64,000 bases of DNA from Bispira polyomma (Eukaryota), in NCBI GenBank assembly GCA_965649765.1, contig OZ287751.1:12090001-12154000 (forward strand), given 5' to 3'. The notes beneath the pieces are model-generated. The model was not told the DNA's origin, searched no databases, and saw only the letters and a program-made list of their open reading frames with translations. The position numbers were made by a program, and so were the translations under genes. Shown here piece after piece: positions 42,560 to 54,472 of this stretch (positions are counted from its first letter, which is position 1; each line of letters opens with the position of its first letter).

Positions 42560-42931
42560 TCACTCAACAGCCCTCCTACCTCGCTTCCCTTCTCTCTTTC
42601 AGTAACCTAAACAGAGGCAATAGACTCTCTGTTTCTTGTGTTAAACTCTCCAGGAAGGCTGGATCCAGAGCTATCTGCATTGCAGCTCTCTCGTTATAAA
42701 ATAATCTTTCAGTCGACCTCAGATCATCAGGCACACTTTAGGAAAAAGCTTAAAAACCATCTTTTTAACCTGCCCTTCACACCATAGTTTCCCTCCTGTA
42801 CACCCCAGCATCCTTCCTTGCAACCTTGCTATGTCCATGGATAACTCGTTTGGTTGACTGATTCTGCTGTTGCGCTTTAAAAGATGCTTAGCATCATTAA
42901 AGGGGTTAAAAATGCATAATAATAATAATAA
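42560..42931 (+). mobile_element. L2 3' fragment, same family as 50658-52495
   Basis: Aligns by eye to the reverse complement of 50660-51055 (cactcaacag...ttaggaaaaagcttaaaa...ctgctgttgcgcttta...taataataat tail). Confidence 0.85.
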
Positions 42932-43021
42932 AAATTGCAGGTGGCATACCTTAGCTAATACAAAATTCAGATTTATTACCTTCAACATTTTACAGCAAGT
43001 TGCTCCATAAAATCTCTCTGC

Positions 43022-43197
43022 GAGAATGGCATTGAATGATTGTGAGAATGGCATTCGATGATATTGTGAGAAAGGCATTTAATGAATGTGAGAATGGCAT
43101 TCAATGATTGTGAGAATGGCATTCATGATTGTGAGAATGGCATTCAATGACTGTGAGAATGACATTCAATGACTGTGAGAATGGCATTCAATGACTA
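43022..43197 (+). repeat. 22-bp minisatellite (GAGAATGGCATTCAATGATTGT) x8
   Basis: Read directly. Confidence 0.95.
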
Positions 43198-43230
43198 TAT
43201 TCTAAACGTTCTTTCTGTTTGTATTTATAG

Positions 43231-43414
43231 CCCCTGCAGTAGAATACTGCTCCGGTTTTGTGGACGAGAATCGTCACTGGAACAATGGTTTCCTGTGTCC
43301 ACTGCTAGAAGAAGATGGACAGATAAAATATTGCTGTGGGACAGATAAACACAAGTACTGCTGTGTGCAGAGCGTTCAGGAACAGGAAACTGAACAGCCA
43401 GGCTTTTACGCTGA
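43231..43414 (+). CDS. Shisa-like protein, Cys-rich N-terminal domain exon
   Basis: Acceptor ctttctgtttgtatttatAG, phase 1. Reads PAVEYCSGFVDENRHWNNGFLCPLLEEDGQIKYCCGTDKHKYCCVQSVQEQETEQPGFYA, the Shisa pattern C..GFxCP..CCG..YCC. Donor GA|gttagt, phase 2. Missing from the ORF track because it has no start codon. Confidence 0.9.
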
Positions 43415-44053
43415 GTTAGTGAAACTGTTATTTTTATAATTGTTTTGTAGCACTAGTCGTCCTCAAACAGTCTTTGAAAATCCTTAGTTTGTAAGAAATA
43501 ACTATAGCTGGCCTTACCCTCTCCATACGAATTATGTCACAAGCCCAAAAAAATTATATCCCAAACCAAAACATTTTCTTGAATTTATTTCTGACAAGAA
43601 AAACTTCTCACCATCTGTAACCCCATTGGAAACCTCAGATACTTGATTTACAGTACAAATTTTAAAGACCTATATATGCAACTTATGGATTTCTTCCACC
43701 AATGAATCTGACCAGCTGTGATATGTCCCTGCAGTTTAAAGTAAGTTAAAACCCAGAGAAATTTATCACCTGTGGAACTTAGCCATTAACAGAAGTGTCC
43801 ACTATTTTCACAGATTGTACTTATTCATGTCATTAAAAAATACACAATAGGACACAATAAGTCATGTGTAAGTATACTGTTAAAACAGGATACAGTTATT
43901 GAGATTCAAAAGTCCTATACTGAGAAGATACTTGTATTTTCTCTAACTAAAGGCCTGGTGTTGACACTTCTATCACTCCCCTATTGATACGCCTCAATTA
44001 ATGATATCCTAAAGTCCTAAACTGAGAAACCTCCTGTATTGTTTTAACTACAG

Positions 44054-44193
44054 GCCTGGTGTTGACACTTTTAGCATTCCCCTAGTGACTGGTGTACTGG
44101 TGGCAGTGGCTGTGCTGACTACTGTAGCTGTCCTATTGGTGTGTTACTTCTGTAAATACTGCCCTCTACACAAACGGAGAAAGAGAAACCAAG
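44054..44193 (+). CDS. Shisa-like protein, transmembrane exon
   Basis: Acceptor ttttaactacAG, phase 2, matching the previous exon. Reads PGVDTFSIPLVTGVLVAVAVLTTVAVLLVCYFCKYCPLHKRRKRNQ: a TM helix, juxtamembrane Cys cluster and basic stop-transfer. Donor AAG|gtgagt, phase 1. Confidence 0.9.
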
Positions 44194-44938
44194 GTGAGTA
44201 CTAACTAATTGTCATTGGGAATGTAGAGACTAATTGTGTTTGTTTGGGGTGTAAGCTTGCTTTCAACACATTTTGAGTCATATCACCATGGACATTTCAC
44301 TTTTGGAGGAAAATGAAAACATGGTAATTGCTCAAAGATTTCTGCTCTGTAAACTTCCGGCCATGAGCAAGTCTATTGCCATTTTTCCCAACTTTATGCT
44401 GTATGTGACGAGGTGGCAGGTGAGTGTGTTACACCACTGCGGTTCTCTTTTACCATTTAGAACCATTCGCCATGCTGAAAGCGAAAGAGAGAGAGAGAGA
44501 CTTGTTGAGGATGACCATTTATCAACGTCCTCAAAGTTCTTTCGCCTACCACTGGGGATATGACCAAGTGACATTTTACTGCCATTTTTAAGTTGTAATC
44601 AGAGCAACTATGTATCTGCCTCTACCTGGTCGCCTCAGGCTGGTATCAAACTCACGTCATCTGTGTTTCTAAGGGATTGTGTTACCCACTAGGCCACAGT
44701 GGCAGATAGATTTGGGTATCAGCTTAGATAGTCATATGGTATAACAGGACTATTCATAAAGTACACATCAAAGGATCAAGTGTTTGCTAGGTATATTTGT
44801 AACATAAATCATTTTGCAACCATGTATGTACCCGTTCCATATTTTAGATGTGTCTGTACACTTTGCATCTGACATGTTATTTAACTTGAGGTGCAATTAA
44901 CTACATTTAATGAATCCACTTAATGCATCTATTTTCAG

Positions 44939-45019
44939 CATACTCTATTTATGACGGAGATGGTACCTCCTACTGTAATGAGTTTGTCATGCTGCCTGGG
45001 AGGAAGTTTTTCCCTGCAG
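44939..45019 (+). CDS. Shisa-like protein, probable 81-nt phase 1-1 internal exon
   Basis: tctattttcAG|CA...GCAG|gtaata. Open in the required frame (AYSIYDGDGTSYCNEFVMLPGRKFFPA) and length divisible by 3. Confidence 0.65.
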
Positions 45020-45753
45020 GTAATATACCGGTCAAAAGTGATAAAACATACATGTGTATTATATCAAATGCCTGTATAAGAGTCTACAATTCCATATTAC
45101 ATTAAAAAGGTTACAACTAGGAATACAACCTGACATATGATTTAGATTCTTGTCCTAGATGTACATATAGTTTACATTTGGCAGGAGGTCAGTGCTTGTC
45201 TGTTGGGTGTGTTTGTTGGTATATTTGTTAAAAGGATCACATAAAAAAACTACTGCACCAAAGTTGCGGATAGTATGGGTCATGGAAGAAAACATTTAAA
45301 TTTTAGTGGAACGCATACCTCCTTCGAGGCACCACAGGTTCTTAAAGTCAAAACTTTTTGCATTTCTGCAAACAACTGAAATAACTTGGCACTGCTGTAA
45401 ACTTATAAAGAGGCTTCCTGCTGCTGGGATTCGATCCTGGGTTGTTATGGATCTTGAGATTAACAAGTCAGCTAAATGGGAAAACCCAGTAGCCTGAGTG
45501 TTTAATGTTATCTGCTATACATGGATATTACATGCCTCTCCCTCACGAAGACCTGACCTCGGGTCTTATAGTACTACCACATTAACTTTACTAACTTGCT
45601 TCACTTATGAGAGGGTTTTTAATGGATCTTGAAATAAAAGATCTTGAAGCCCAGTTGACTTTACTTTGTCCTATATAGCCTTTTTTAACTTTTGTGTTTA
45701 TGGTCTCTATTGAGTGCTCTTGTTTATAATACTATGTTTTGTAATATTTCCAG

Positions 45754-46196
45754 TGATAGAGTCTGATTTCAAAGAGAGTGATAGAACTACTGACCAGTTA
45801 CCAGTCCAAGAAGGCATTGCATCCACGTCCACTGATACTAACTGCCCACCACAAAATCATCCACCGAATCCAACAAGTCAGATCAATACATTAGCTTGTC
45901 CTCCTATCAAAGATTTCTACAGAGACAGTGGCTACTACCCGTCTGCCCTAGATGCCGACAGTATGACTTGTTTAACGGAGAATCTAGCTCTAAAACGGGC
46001 TCGTGAACATCGCCACGCGGCCAATGACGTCAGCAGCAGCAGGCATTCGTGGCCGGTCGATAATGGGGAGGTGGGTGAAGCGAGGCATTTGCCGCCAAAA
46101 CGCAACTCGGAAGAAAGAGATACTGGAAACCGGATGGGTGTAGAGGAGGATGAGGAAGAGAGTGAATTACTGGAAATCAAACAAACTGTGGTGTGA
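45754..46196 (+). CDS. Shisa-like protein, last coding exon (Pro-rich/acidic cytoplasmic tail ending EIKQTVV*)
   Basis: Acceptor gtaatatttccAG, phase 1, in the frame of ORF 45714..46196; GC content higher than the flanks; TGA at 46194-46196; AATAAA downstream at 46700 and 47031. Confidence 0.82.
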
Positions 46197-47209
46197 AACT
46201 TATTGTGTTGTATTAAACTGGCTTGTGTATTTTGTTGATGGTTCTTTGAAATAGAACAAAAAACAGTTATAATTAGTAGATGTATTGTAACTTACTTAAT
46301 TATGTATTTGTAGAGGTTTTCTTATTATAGAACGAAACAGTTAAACATTGATGGTGGAGAGCACTAGTAATTAATTATTAATTTGTTGATTCTTTAAAGT
46401 AGATTTAAAACAGGTTTAACACACTGGTGTATTTGTTGATGGGTCTTAAAATAGATAAAAAATAGTTATAATTAGTTGTTGATGGGTCTTTGAATATGTA
46501 AAAAAATTGTTATAATTAGTAGTGTTTTGAGACACACTGATGTATTTGTTGGTGATTTCTTATAATATAACAACAGTTATAAACATTGGTGGCAGATGGC
46601 ACTATTAATTGTAATGACCCTATTGTTGACACTTTGACGCTTTGGTTTAAGTAAGCATCATATATTGTTTTTGGCTTTTGCACACAATTTCTCATCACAA
46701 ATAAAGAATATAGCAGACTTCAGGTTTTGTGCATGTTGTGAAGTGTATATTTGGTACATATACATTTGTTTTATTCAATACTCATAACTAGATTTTTTGC
46801 CAGAAAGATTTTAGTCCTGAATGTTATATTTGTTGCTGAAGTTTCTATTATTTACAAACTATAATTCAGTATCTTAATTGATGTGTATTTTGTTTTATAT
46901 TGTTCCTCACATTTGTACCAGCATACTCACTGCCTGTTACACATATATATACTTAGTTGTAAATATGTACATATTTATTAAAAATATCCAGCATTGTTGA
47001 TGTCAATATAAATTAAATAATGAGCTTACTAATAAAACATAGATATTTATATGGTGCAGGGCATGCATTTGCGTATAATTCACAGTATTCCCCTAATGCA
47101 TGCAATAAACACAGCATAGTCCTTGAATGAATGCTTACAAAACGAATAACTAATAAGTATCATACCTTATTATTGGTTCCAAATATTGAAAGATTTCCCA
47201 CCACGAACT

Positions 47210-49620
47210 ATAATAATAATAATATATCAGACTTTTTTAGCGCTTATTTTCCTTGTAACAAATTCTAAGGCGCAAAAAACCACAGCCAGAGTCGAAAAAC
47301 ATAGGTGATAGACAGAAGGTTGTCATCAATGTGTCCACCGAAAATGGGAAAGAGACTATGGAGGGAATGCATCATTGAACAGATAGGTCTTTAAACTGTG
47401 CCGGAAGGAATACAGGGACGGAGGTGTCCTAATGTGTTGAGGCAAACTATTCCATAGGGTAGGGGCATCATTTGCAAAACTTTTATAAAAGTGAACCTTT
47501 GACCTGTGTACTTTGGACTTATATTTTGGAACAAGAAGGAATCTATTTTTGGGAGCGGCTCTCTTGGTATTGACATTGCACTTGTAGTAACTCAAGTGGG
47601 GTTCAAAGTATTTAGGCAAACCTGAATCGAGAAACTTATATACTATTGTAGCAGTTTTAAAAACACACCGATACCTAACAGGGAGCCAGTGGAGTGACTT
47701 TAGAATCAGTAAAGCACTTAAAAGCTGAGCAGAACAACTGACCAGACGTGCCAATGAGTTCTGGATGCATTGCAATTTCTTTAGGTTTTTTTTGGTCAAG
47801 CTGCGATACAGTGAATTGCAGTAGTCCAGTATGCTACTAACCAGAGCATTTGCTACAGTTATTGCAACCGATTTTGGAAGGTACCTCCTGATTCTCCTAA
47901 GGTCTCTGAGACCCATGAAGCATGACTTACACACTGATTGGATATGACTGGAAAATGAAAAATCACTGTCAAACAGAACTCCCAGGTTCCTCATTTTATC
48001 AGTTGGGGATAACAGTGTCCCAAGAATGTTTGCAGGAAAAGAATTTGACAGTTCAGCATGTTGAGTGCTTGACCCAAACAATATGGATCCGGTTTTAGCA
48101 GATTCAGCTTGAGTTTATTTAGCGCCATCCAATTTTGAACATCTGCTAAGCATTTCTGAAGGACTTCCAGGGCACCGATTGATGTGTTAGGAGTAAGGTG
48201 CATGTAAATCTGTATATCATCTGCATAGAAATGATACTTCAGAGAAGAATAGGAGGAAATAATTTTGCTAAGGGGTGTAGTATATAATGAAAATAGGAGT
48301 GGTCCGAGCACAGACCCTTGCAGCACACCAAATTTCAGCACTTGCAAGTCAGACAGAATATCACCAATTTTAATAGACTGGTACCTGTCTGACAAGTAGG
48401 AAACAAACCATTGCAAGAAGGAGTCCTTCAGACCAAACCAGGTTTTTAGTCTTTCAATGAGGACATTGTGATCAATAGTGTCGAAAGCAGCTGATACGTC
48501 TGACAATACTAATGCAGTGGTCTTTGATAAAGACATATGAATATAGTTTTTAATATAAACCAGAGCTGTTTCAGTTGAATGGTATTTTTTATATGTTGAT
48601 TGATAGGTGTTCTCTAGGCTGAATTTTTCAAGATGACTATTGAGCTGTTGGGCGACAACCCATTCTATCAATTTGAGATGGAGCATAGTCCAGATACAGG
48701 TCGATAATTTTGTCTGAAGAGGTTATAAAACAATCTAGAATGTGACCATGAATATGGGTTGGAAAGGAAACATGCTGTGTCAGATTGCATGATTCTAAAA
48801 TGGATTTGAACTGAGAACTATAACCATCATCTGCGTCAAAATGGATGTTGAAATTGCCACAAAGTATGTAGTTTGAAGGCAAGGTTGATATAAAACCAAC
48901 CAGGGACATAAACTCCACAAGAAAATCAGATAGAGAAGAACCTGGGGGCCTGTATATAACCACAATATTCACTTGGTGATTTAACCAGCAAACAGAAGCA
49001 ACAAGTTGCTCAAATGATACAGCATGTGGGGAGGTAATTTTTGAAACTTGGAAGGTGTTCCAGACAAATAAGCCCACACCGCCACCCACTGTGTGTGTAC
49101 GAGTAACATGCTGCAAGCTAAAACTATCTGCCGTCAATTCCTTGACAATAGAAGGACTGTCCTGGGGTCTGATGTGTGTTTCAGTGAGTCCAAGGATGTC
49201 GCAAGATTGGCTGGACAACAAATTGGCAACCAATGGACCCTTGTTGCGCAGTGAGCGACAATTTACTTGGCCCAGCTTGACAGGACTGGGGTTCAAGGCA
49301 ACATCACCTGCCATAATCAGTAAGCAAGCCAGTTGGGACATGTCTGCGGTGTGGGGAAATATAGGGGGGGGGGGGAGTTGGTGATTAAATTTTTTTGTAG
49401 CAAGGATCCATGAATATTCCGTGCTGGAATGAAGTTGTTCACTCAGGTGATAACTGAACTGTATTTTTGCTTCACATCTCTGTTTGAATTTAGCGGTGAA
49501 TGCTACACTTACACAAGCCAGGACTAAGAATTTAAACAAAAACATTTTGAAAGAAGTGACTGCAGAACAATAAGAAAAACGTAAGGAAAGTGTGCAAATA
49601 GATAGACACCACACTTATGT
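47210..49620 (-). mobile_element. L2/CR1-group LINE, decayed: APE endonuclease plus RT with internal deletion and frameshifts
   Basis: ORF 48637-49614 has APE motifs (NCRSL, LTETH, GGGVG, IYRPP, GNFNIH, PTH..GHILD). ORF 47991-48686 has RT motifs (AFDTIDH, GVLQGSVLGPLLF, FYADD). ORF 47356-48081 has the C-terminal LDYCN/LHWLP motifs. 3' stem-loop and (ATT)n tail near 47210. Confidence 0.93.
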
Positions 49621-50656
49621 AATAATGTAACCCAACAAATTTTACAATCCAGCCAAGTAGCACGCATGAGCTACCTGGACAAAAAAAAAACTACAAAAAA
49701 TGAAGGTGTAACAAACCAAGGTTAACTATTTGCTGATGTAACACACTTGAGCTGCCAGTATAAAAACCCCTTATAGGGAAAACTTGCAGAAACTGCCACT
49801 ACCGGTAATTCCCGCAAAAGGACGATAATACCCGCGAGTGCAATGTAAACAACAGTATTAAAACAGTATTGAAACAACACACATAAAAAAGTGTGGTTTA
49901 GTAATTTACCACCTCTGTATGTTTTTAAATGTAAACACAAGGGCAAAAACGCCACAGAAACCAGGTAACGAATAAAAAAAATGGATATCAATTTGAACTT
50001 TTTTTCAAAACACAGCCATACTTGGTTAAAGCTAAAAGTCTAAAAACTATGTATCATGCCTGAACAATTATGGGTCTTTTACATTGCCAACCTCTTTTTC
50101 TGAGTGGCATGGATTTTGTATAAATGTAAACATGTGATTTCTGTTTAGGCATAAACAACCTACAAACGTTGTCAGAACTTAGTTTGGAATGCCTGAACCA
50201 TCCAAAGTCACCCAAATTGTACAACTTGAAGGAGCTTTAATGACATTTACAATGAATCCTGATTTTGATTTACAAAAGGCTTAATTTATGACTTCCCAGG
50301 TATAGTTAGTGAATATCTGTGAGAGAAATAGAAATATCCCATTATCTTGGAGAGCTAAACACACTTCAATCAAGTTCTTGCATCTAGTATAACTGTAAGA
50401 TCCACCTGTAAAAAAATTCTTTCGCCATTGTGGAGAGTATCTACGGGTTGACATCAAACCCACCAATTAGATTTAGATTAGGATTTATTTTGAAAATGTC
50501 ACTTTAAACAAATGTATATATCGCTATGGCTGTACGTACTTGCTTGAAGTGTTCATGTGAAAATTTATATATGAGTATTAACAGGTAATTACAATGCACT
50601 CAACAATTGCAAGATTTGGGTAAATCCAAAAGTCGAACAAACACACAGCTAGTTGA

Positions 50657-50657
<1 letters not shown>

Positions 50658-50690
<33 letters not shown>

Positions 50691-52495
50691 GATTTTTAAC
50701 ACGCTTTATTGATGCTAGGCATCTTCTAAAGCGCAACAGCAGAATCATTAGTCCAATCATTAAGTCCATGGAAATTGCAGAGTCGTAAGGAAGGAAGTGG
50801 GAGCGTGCACGAGGAAAGCTAAGGTGGGTAGGCAAGATTAAAAAGATAGGTTTTAAGCTTTTTCCTAAAACCGATAAGTGTGTCAACTGATCTGAGGTCA
50901 ACTGGGAGACTGTTCCATAACCGTGGAGCTGCGGTGGAGAACGCTCTGAAACCCGCCTTTCTGATTGGTCTGACCGAAGTGACAGAGAGTCTGTTGCCTC
51001 TCTTGCGGTTACTAAAGGAAAGAAGGGAGGCAAGGTAGGGTGGCTGTTGAGTGATTACAGCCTTAAAAGTGGTAACGTGAATTTTAAAATTCGAGATTTA
51101 ATGGGCAACCAGTGTAATTTTTTGAGGTAAGGAGTAACGTCTGTGCGACAACCCAGGCGAAAAATGACCCTACATAGGTAGTTTTGGATGGACTGGAGCT
51201 TTTTAATGTTTGACTTATTTGCTTCGTACAAGAGAGAATTGCAGTAGTCGAGGCGGCTACTTACAAGGGCATTTGCCACAATTATCGCTGTGTCCATGGA
51301 CAAGTGGTTTCTGATTCTTTTGATGTCGCGTATGTGGTAATAGCAGGAGCGACAGATGTTGGCAACATGAGTATCGAACAAAAAAGCTGAATCAAAAGTG
51401 ACACCCAGGTTTTTAGCATTTTCGGAAGGTAGTATGTCTTTTCCCAGCAGGGAGATGGGAAGCAAAGATTTTAGGAGTTCACTGTTTTTCTTGTTTCCTA
51501 TGAGGATGAATTCTGTTTTGTCAGGGTTAAGCTTTAGTTTGGAGTAGTTCATCCACGCCTGGACATCAGACAGACAGTCTGCAAGTAGGTCTATGTTAGT
51601 ATCTGCGTTTTGTGGATTGAGGGAGAAATAGACTTGAGTGTCGTCTGCATACATGTGGTGTTTTATATTGTGTTTATTGATGACAGTGCTGAGAGGATGT
51701 GTATAAAGGGTGAAAAGTAGAGGACCAAGGACGGATCCCTGGGGTACTCCATATGGAAGTTTTATGGAAGATGATAGGTGATCATCTAGTTTAATTCTTT
51801 GTGCCCTAAGAGTAAGGTAGGATCTGATCCATTTAAGGACACTGCCATTTATACCGAACCACTGCTTGAGAGTGTCGCAGAGCAGGACATGATCAATAGT
51901 GTCGAATGCAGCTGAGAGATCCAGAAGGGTGAGGGCCACTGTGTCGTTGCGGTCCAGTGCAAGATTGACATCATTGCTGATGGAAAAAAGGGCACTTTAT
52001 GTAGAGTGAAATTTTCTATAAGCAGACTGGTGGCGATTTTCAATGTTTTGTCTATTAAGGTGGTCAGAAATTTGTTTAGCCACAGCTTTCTCGATGACTT
52101 TTAAGACGAAGCTAAGGTTTGACACCGGTCTGTAGTTTTTGAGATGGTTTTTATCAAGCCCTTGTTTTTTAATCAAGGGAGTTACATTTGCTGTCTTGAA
52201 ACAGGTGGGAAAGACACCATCCCGAAGAGAAAAATTATATTTGTTATGGGTGTGACAAGAATGTCAAGACATTGACTCAGAATAACTGCTGGGATGGGAT
52301 CTAAGTCACAAGATTTAATAGTAGAGGATTTGATGAGTTTCAGAACTTCAAGTTCTGACAGTGTACTAAAATGAAACAGGTTACAAACCTTATATCCTGG
52401 GGCTGGAGGATTGAAGTGATGTATCGTTGGGAAGGCGTCACGAATGTTGCTGATTTTTTCTATAAAAAATTTTCCAAATTTTTCTGTGAAATTGT
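50658..52495 (-). mobile_element. 5'-truncated L2-type LINE (RT region, frameshifted) with (TAA)n tail
   Basis: ORF 51055-51939: LDLSAAFDTIDH, GVPQGSVLGPLLF, MYADD, SRLDYCNS, LHWLP. Upstream KSCDLDPIP in ORF 52182-52562. Tail repeat at 50658-50690. Confidence 0.93.
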
Positions 52496-52645
52496 TATAG
52501 ATTAAGTACAAGCACAAACATAAATTAAGATATATCCATGAGGTCAAAAAAGACTGAAGCATTTATGTTATATATTAAATATCTATTATATACACACAAA
52601 ATTTGGTTCCAGCTCTAAGCCCTATCAAGATGAAGGTTCTAAAAC

Positions 52646-52946
52646 ACGGTACTGCAGTCTAGATGATGTTGATCCATCATTGACCCAATATCTCTAATTT
52701 GCACTCATCCAGAACTCCTAACAAGGACGTAGTGAACTTTCTGTCAGCCTTTATCATTAAACAATCCCGGTCTTACATGAGTTCATTATGTTTGTAAACT
52801 ACGGTATTGCAGTCTTGATGATCTTCATTCATCATTGACCCACGTATCTCCATTTTGCACTTAAACAGAACTCTCAACCAGGACGTAGTGGACTTTCTTT
52901 CGGTCTTGATCATTGAACAATCCAAGTCTTACATGAGTTCATTATG
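52646..52946. repeat. 155-bp tandem duplication
   Basis: acggta.tgcagtct...tcttacatgagttcattatg starts at 52646 and 52801. Confidence 0.9.
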
Positions 52947-53849
52947 CCATAGTGTACTTTTTCTGTGAATACACAATTCTATGTTTCTCCACAAAATGGA
53001 GACCCCATTGCACTCCATTATGCAAGCTTATAGAACAATAACAAAGGAGATTCTATGACAAATAACTGAATCTAGTGCTGGGGGGATATCTTAAAGTGAC
53101 ATGTGTTTCTCCTAAAGTCTGAGACTGCATCATGGGGCAGTGGGCGTGGTTGATGTCTCTTTTTTCAGAGATAAGTTGTCTTTATTTTATCAAGATTGTA
53201 AATGATGCACAAATGCACTTCCTTGGTGGATGCTTTTTGGTAATAACCTTTACCTCCCACCCGGACATTCCTTTTTTGGATATCTGCGCCTTAGAGGATG
53301 TTGTCATTAATTTGGCGCCCTATAAATACTTCATCGATTTTAGGATTTATTTTTTGTTTTAATTTTGATTGCATCATAAAATTCTACATAAATCATCATT
53401 TAAAGGCATTTATTAATATGTTAACATGACAAATTACTTCTTACAAAACTATTTAATTATGTCCTCATGTTGTTTGTGTTTTGTTTGTTTTAAATTTTCC
53501 AAATACGAGACAAATGATAAGGTTTGTTATGTCGTGGATATTAAAAGATTTCAGGCCTAGTGGGTAACACTAGCTTCTGGAGGCTAATCTAATCTAACTT
53601 TTATATCACTTATCTCTGTGCTAGTGGATTTTAAGGTGCTTGATACAGGAAAATCATTTTTCATAATTTCATATTAGAAGGCCAAAATAGAAAAGCCTTT
53701 CTCAAAAGCTAGATTTTGAGCTTCTATCTAAAACAGGTTAGTGAAGAGGCAGTGTGAATATCATGAGGTCGATCACTCCACAGCTTAGGGATCATATGAG
53801 AAACTATTGTTGAAATGCCTTTTTGAGTTATGAACTAATTGTACGAAGT

Positions 53850-54472
53850 AATTGTAATTAGACTTTTATACCACTTAATCTCCCCTTTACGAAGGGGACT
53901 TTAAGGCGCAACACCACCAAGCCAGTAAACCCATTTCAATATTGAGGGACAGAAAAAGGGTCAAGCACCACAGAGAACGCCAGGGGATGATTAAGACTAA
54001 GGTGGGTATGCCTTGGTGTACAGGTAGGTTTTAATCTGCTTTCTAAAAGAGGCTAGATAAGGGGATGCACAAATCACACCAGGAAGAGCATTCCAAATAG
54101 TGGGAGCATCAAAAGAAAAGCTATAACCAACTGTTTGACAGACTTTTGAGTATCACTTATGAAAGCCTTATCAGGCCTACAACGCCTAGTATCGAGTCTT
54201 AGGAATACAGAGGACCTGGGTTCTACCCAAGCCTTAGGCAACCAGGTACAGGCAGATATATAGTGGCTTGGATAATCACTGAAAATGGTGGTCCTCTGTC
54301 TTTGGATCTTACCCCCAGTGTCAGGCAAAAGAACTTTAGAGACATTGATACAAGGTTATCCCTCTTTAGTTATAATGTATGGGTCCCACTTCTGCAATTT
54401 AGCAAAAGAAATTCCTGTTGGAGCACCATGAGAAGCCAGCCGCACCTATTTGCCGCATAGTCGAGTTTAGAA
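53850..54472 (-). mobile_element. L2 3' fragment of a different family
   Basis: Minus strand has remnants of KLDY, FSFDAPTIWNALP and KTYL..AYPP*, then a 3' stem-loop gcgcctt.. and an ATT-like tail. A further decayed L2 end lies at ~53600-53800. Confidence 0.7.

Noticed and set aside
43022-43197. CRISPR-like array
   Set aside because: Units are contiguous with no unique spacers, the context is eukaryotic, and there are no cas genes.
45714-45753. Signal peptide MLLFIILCFVIFP of a secreted 160-aa protein
   Set aside because: The start is GTG and the hydrophobic stretch is the translated T-rich acceptor tract; the exon begins at 45754.
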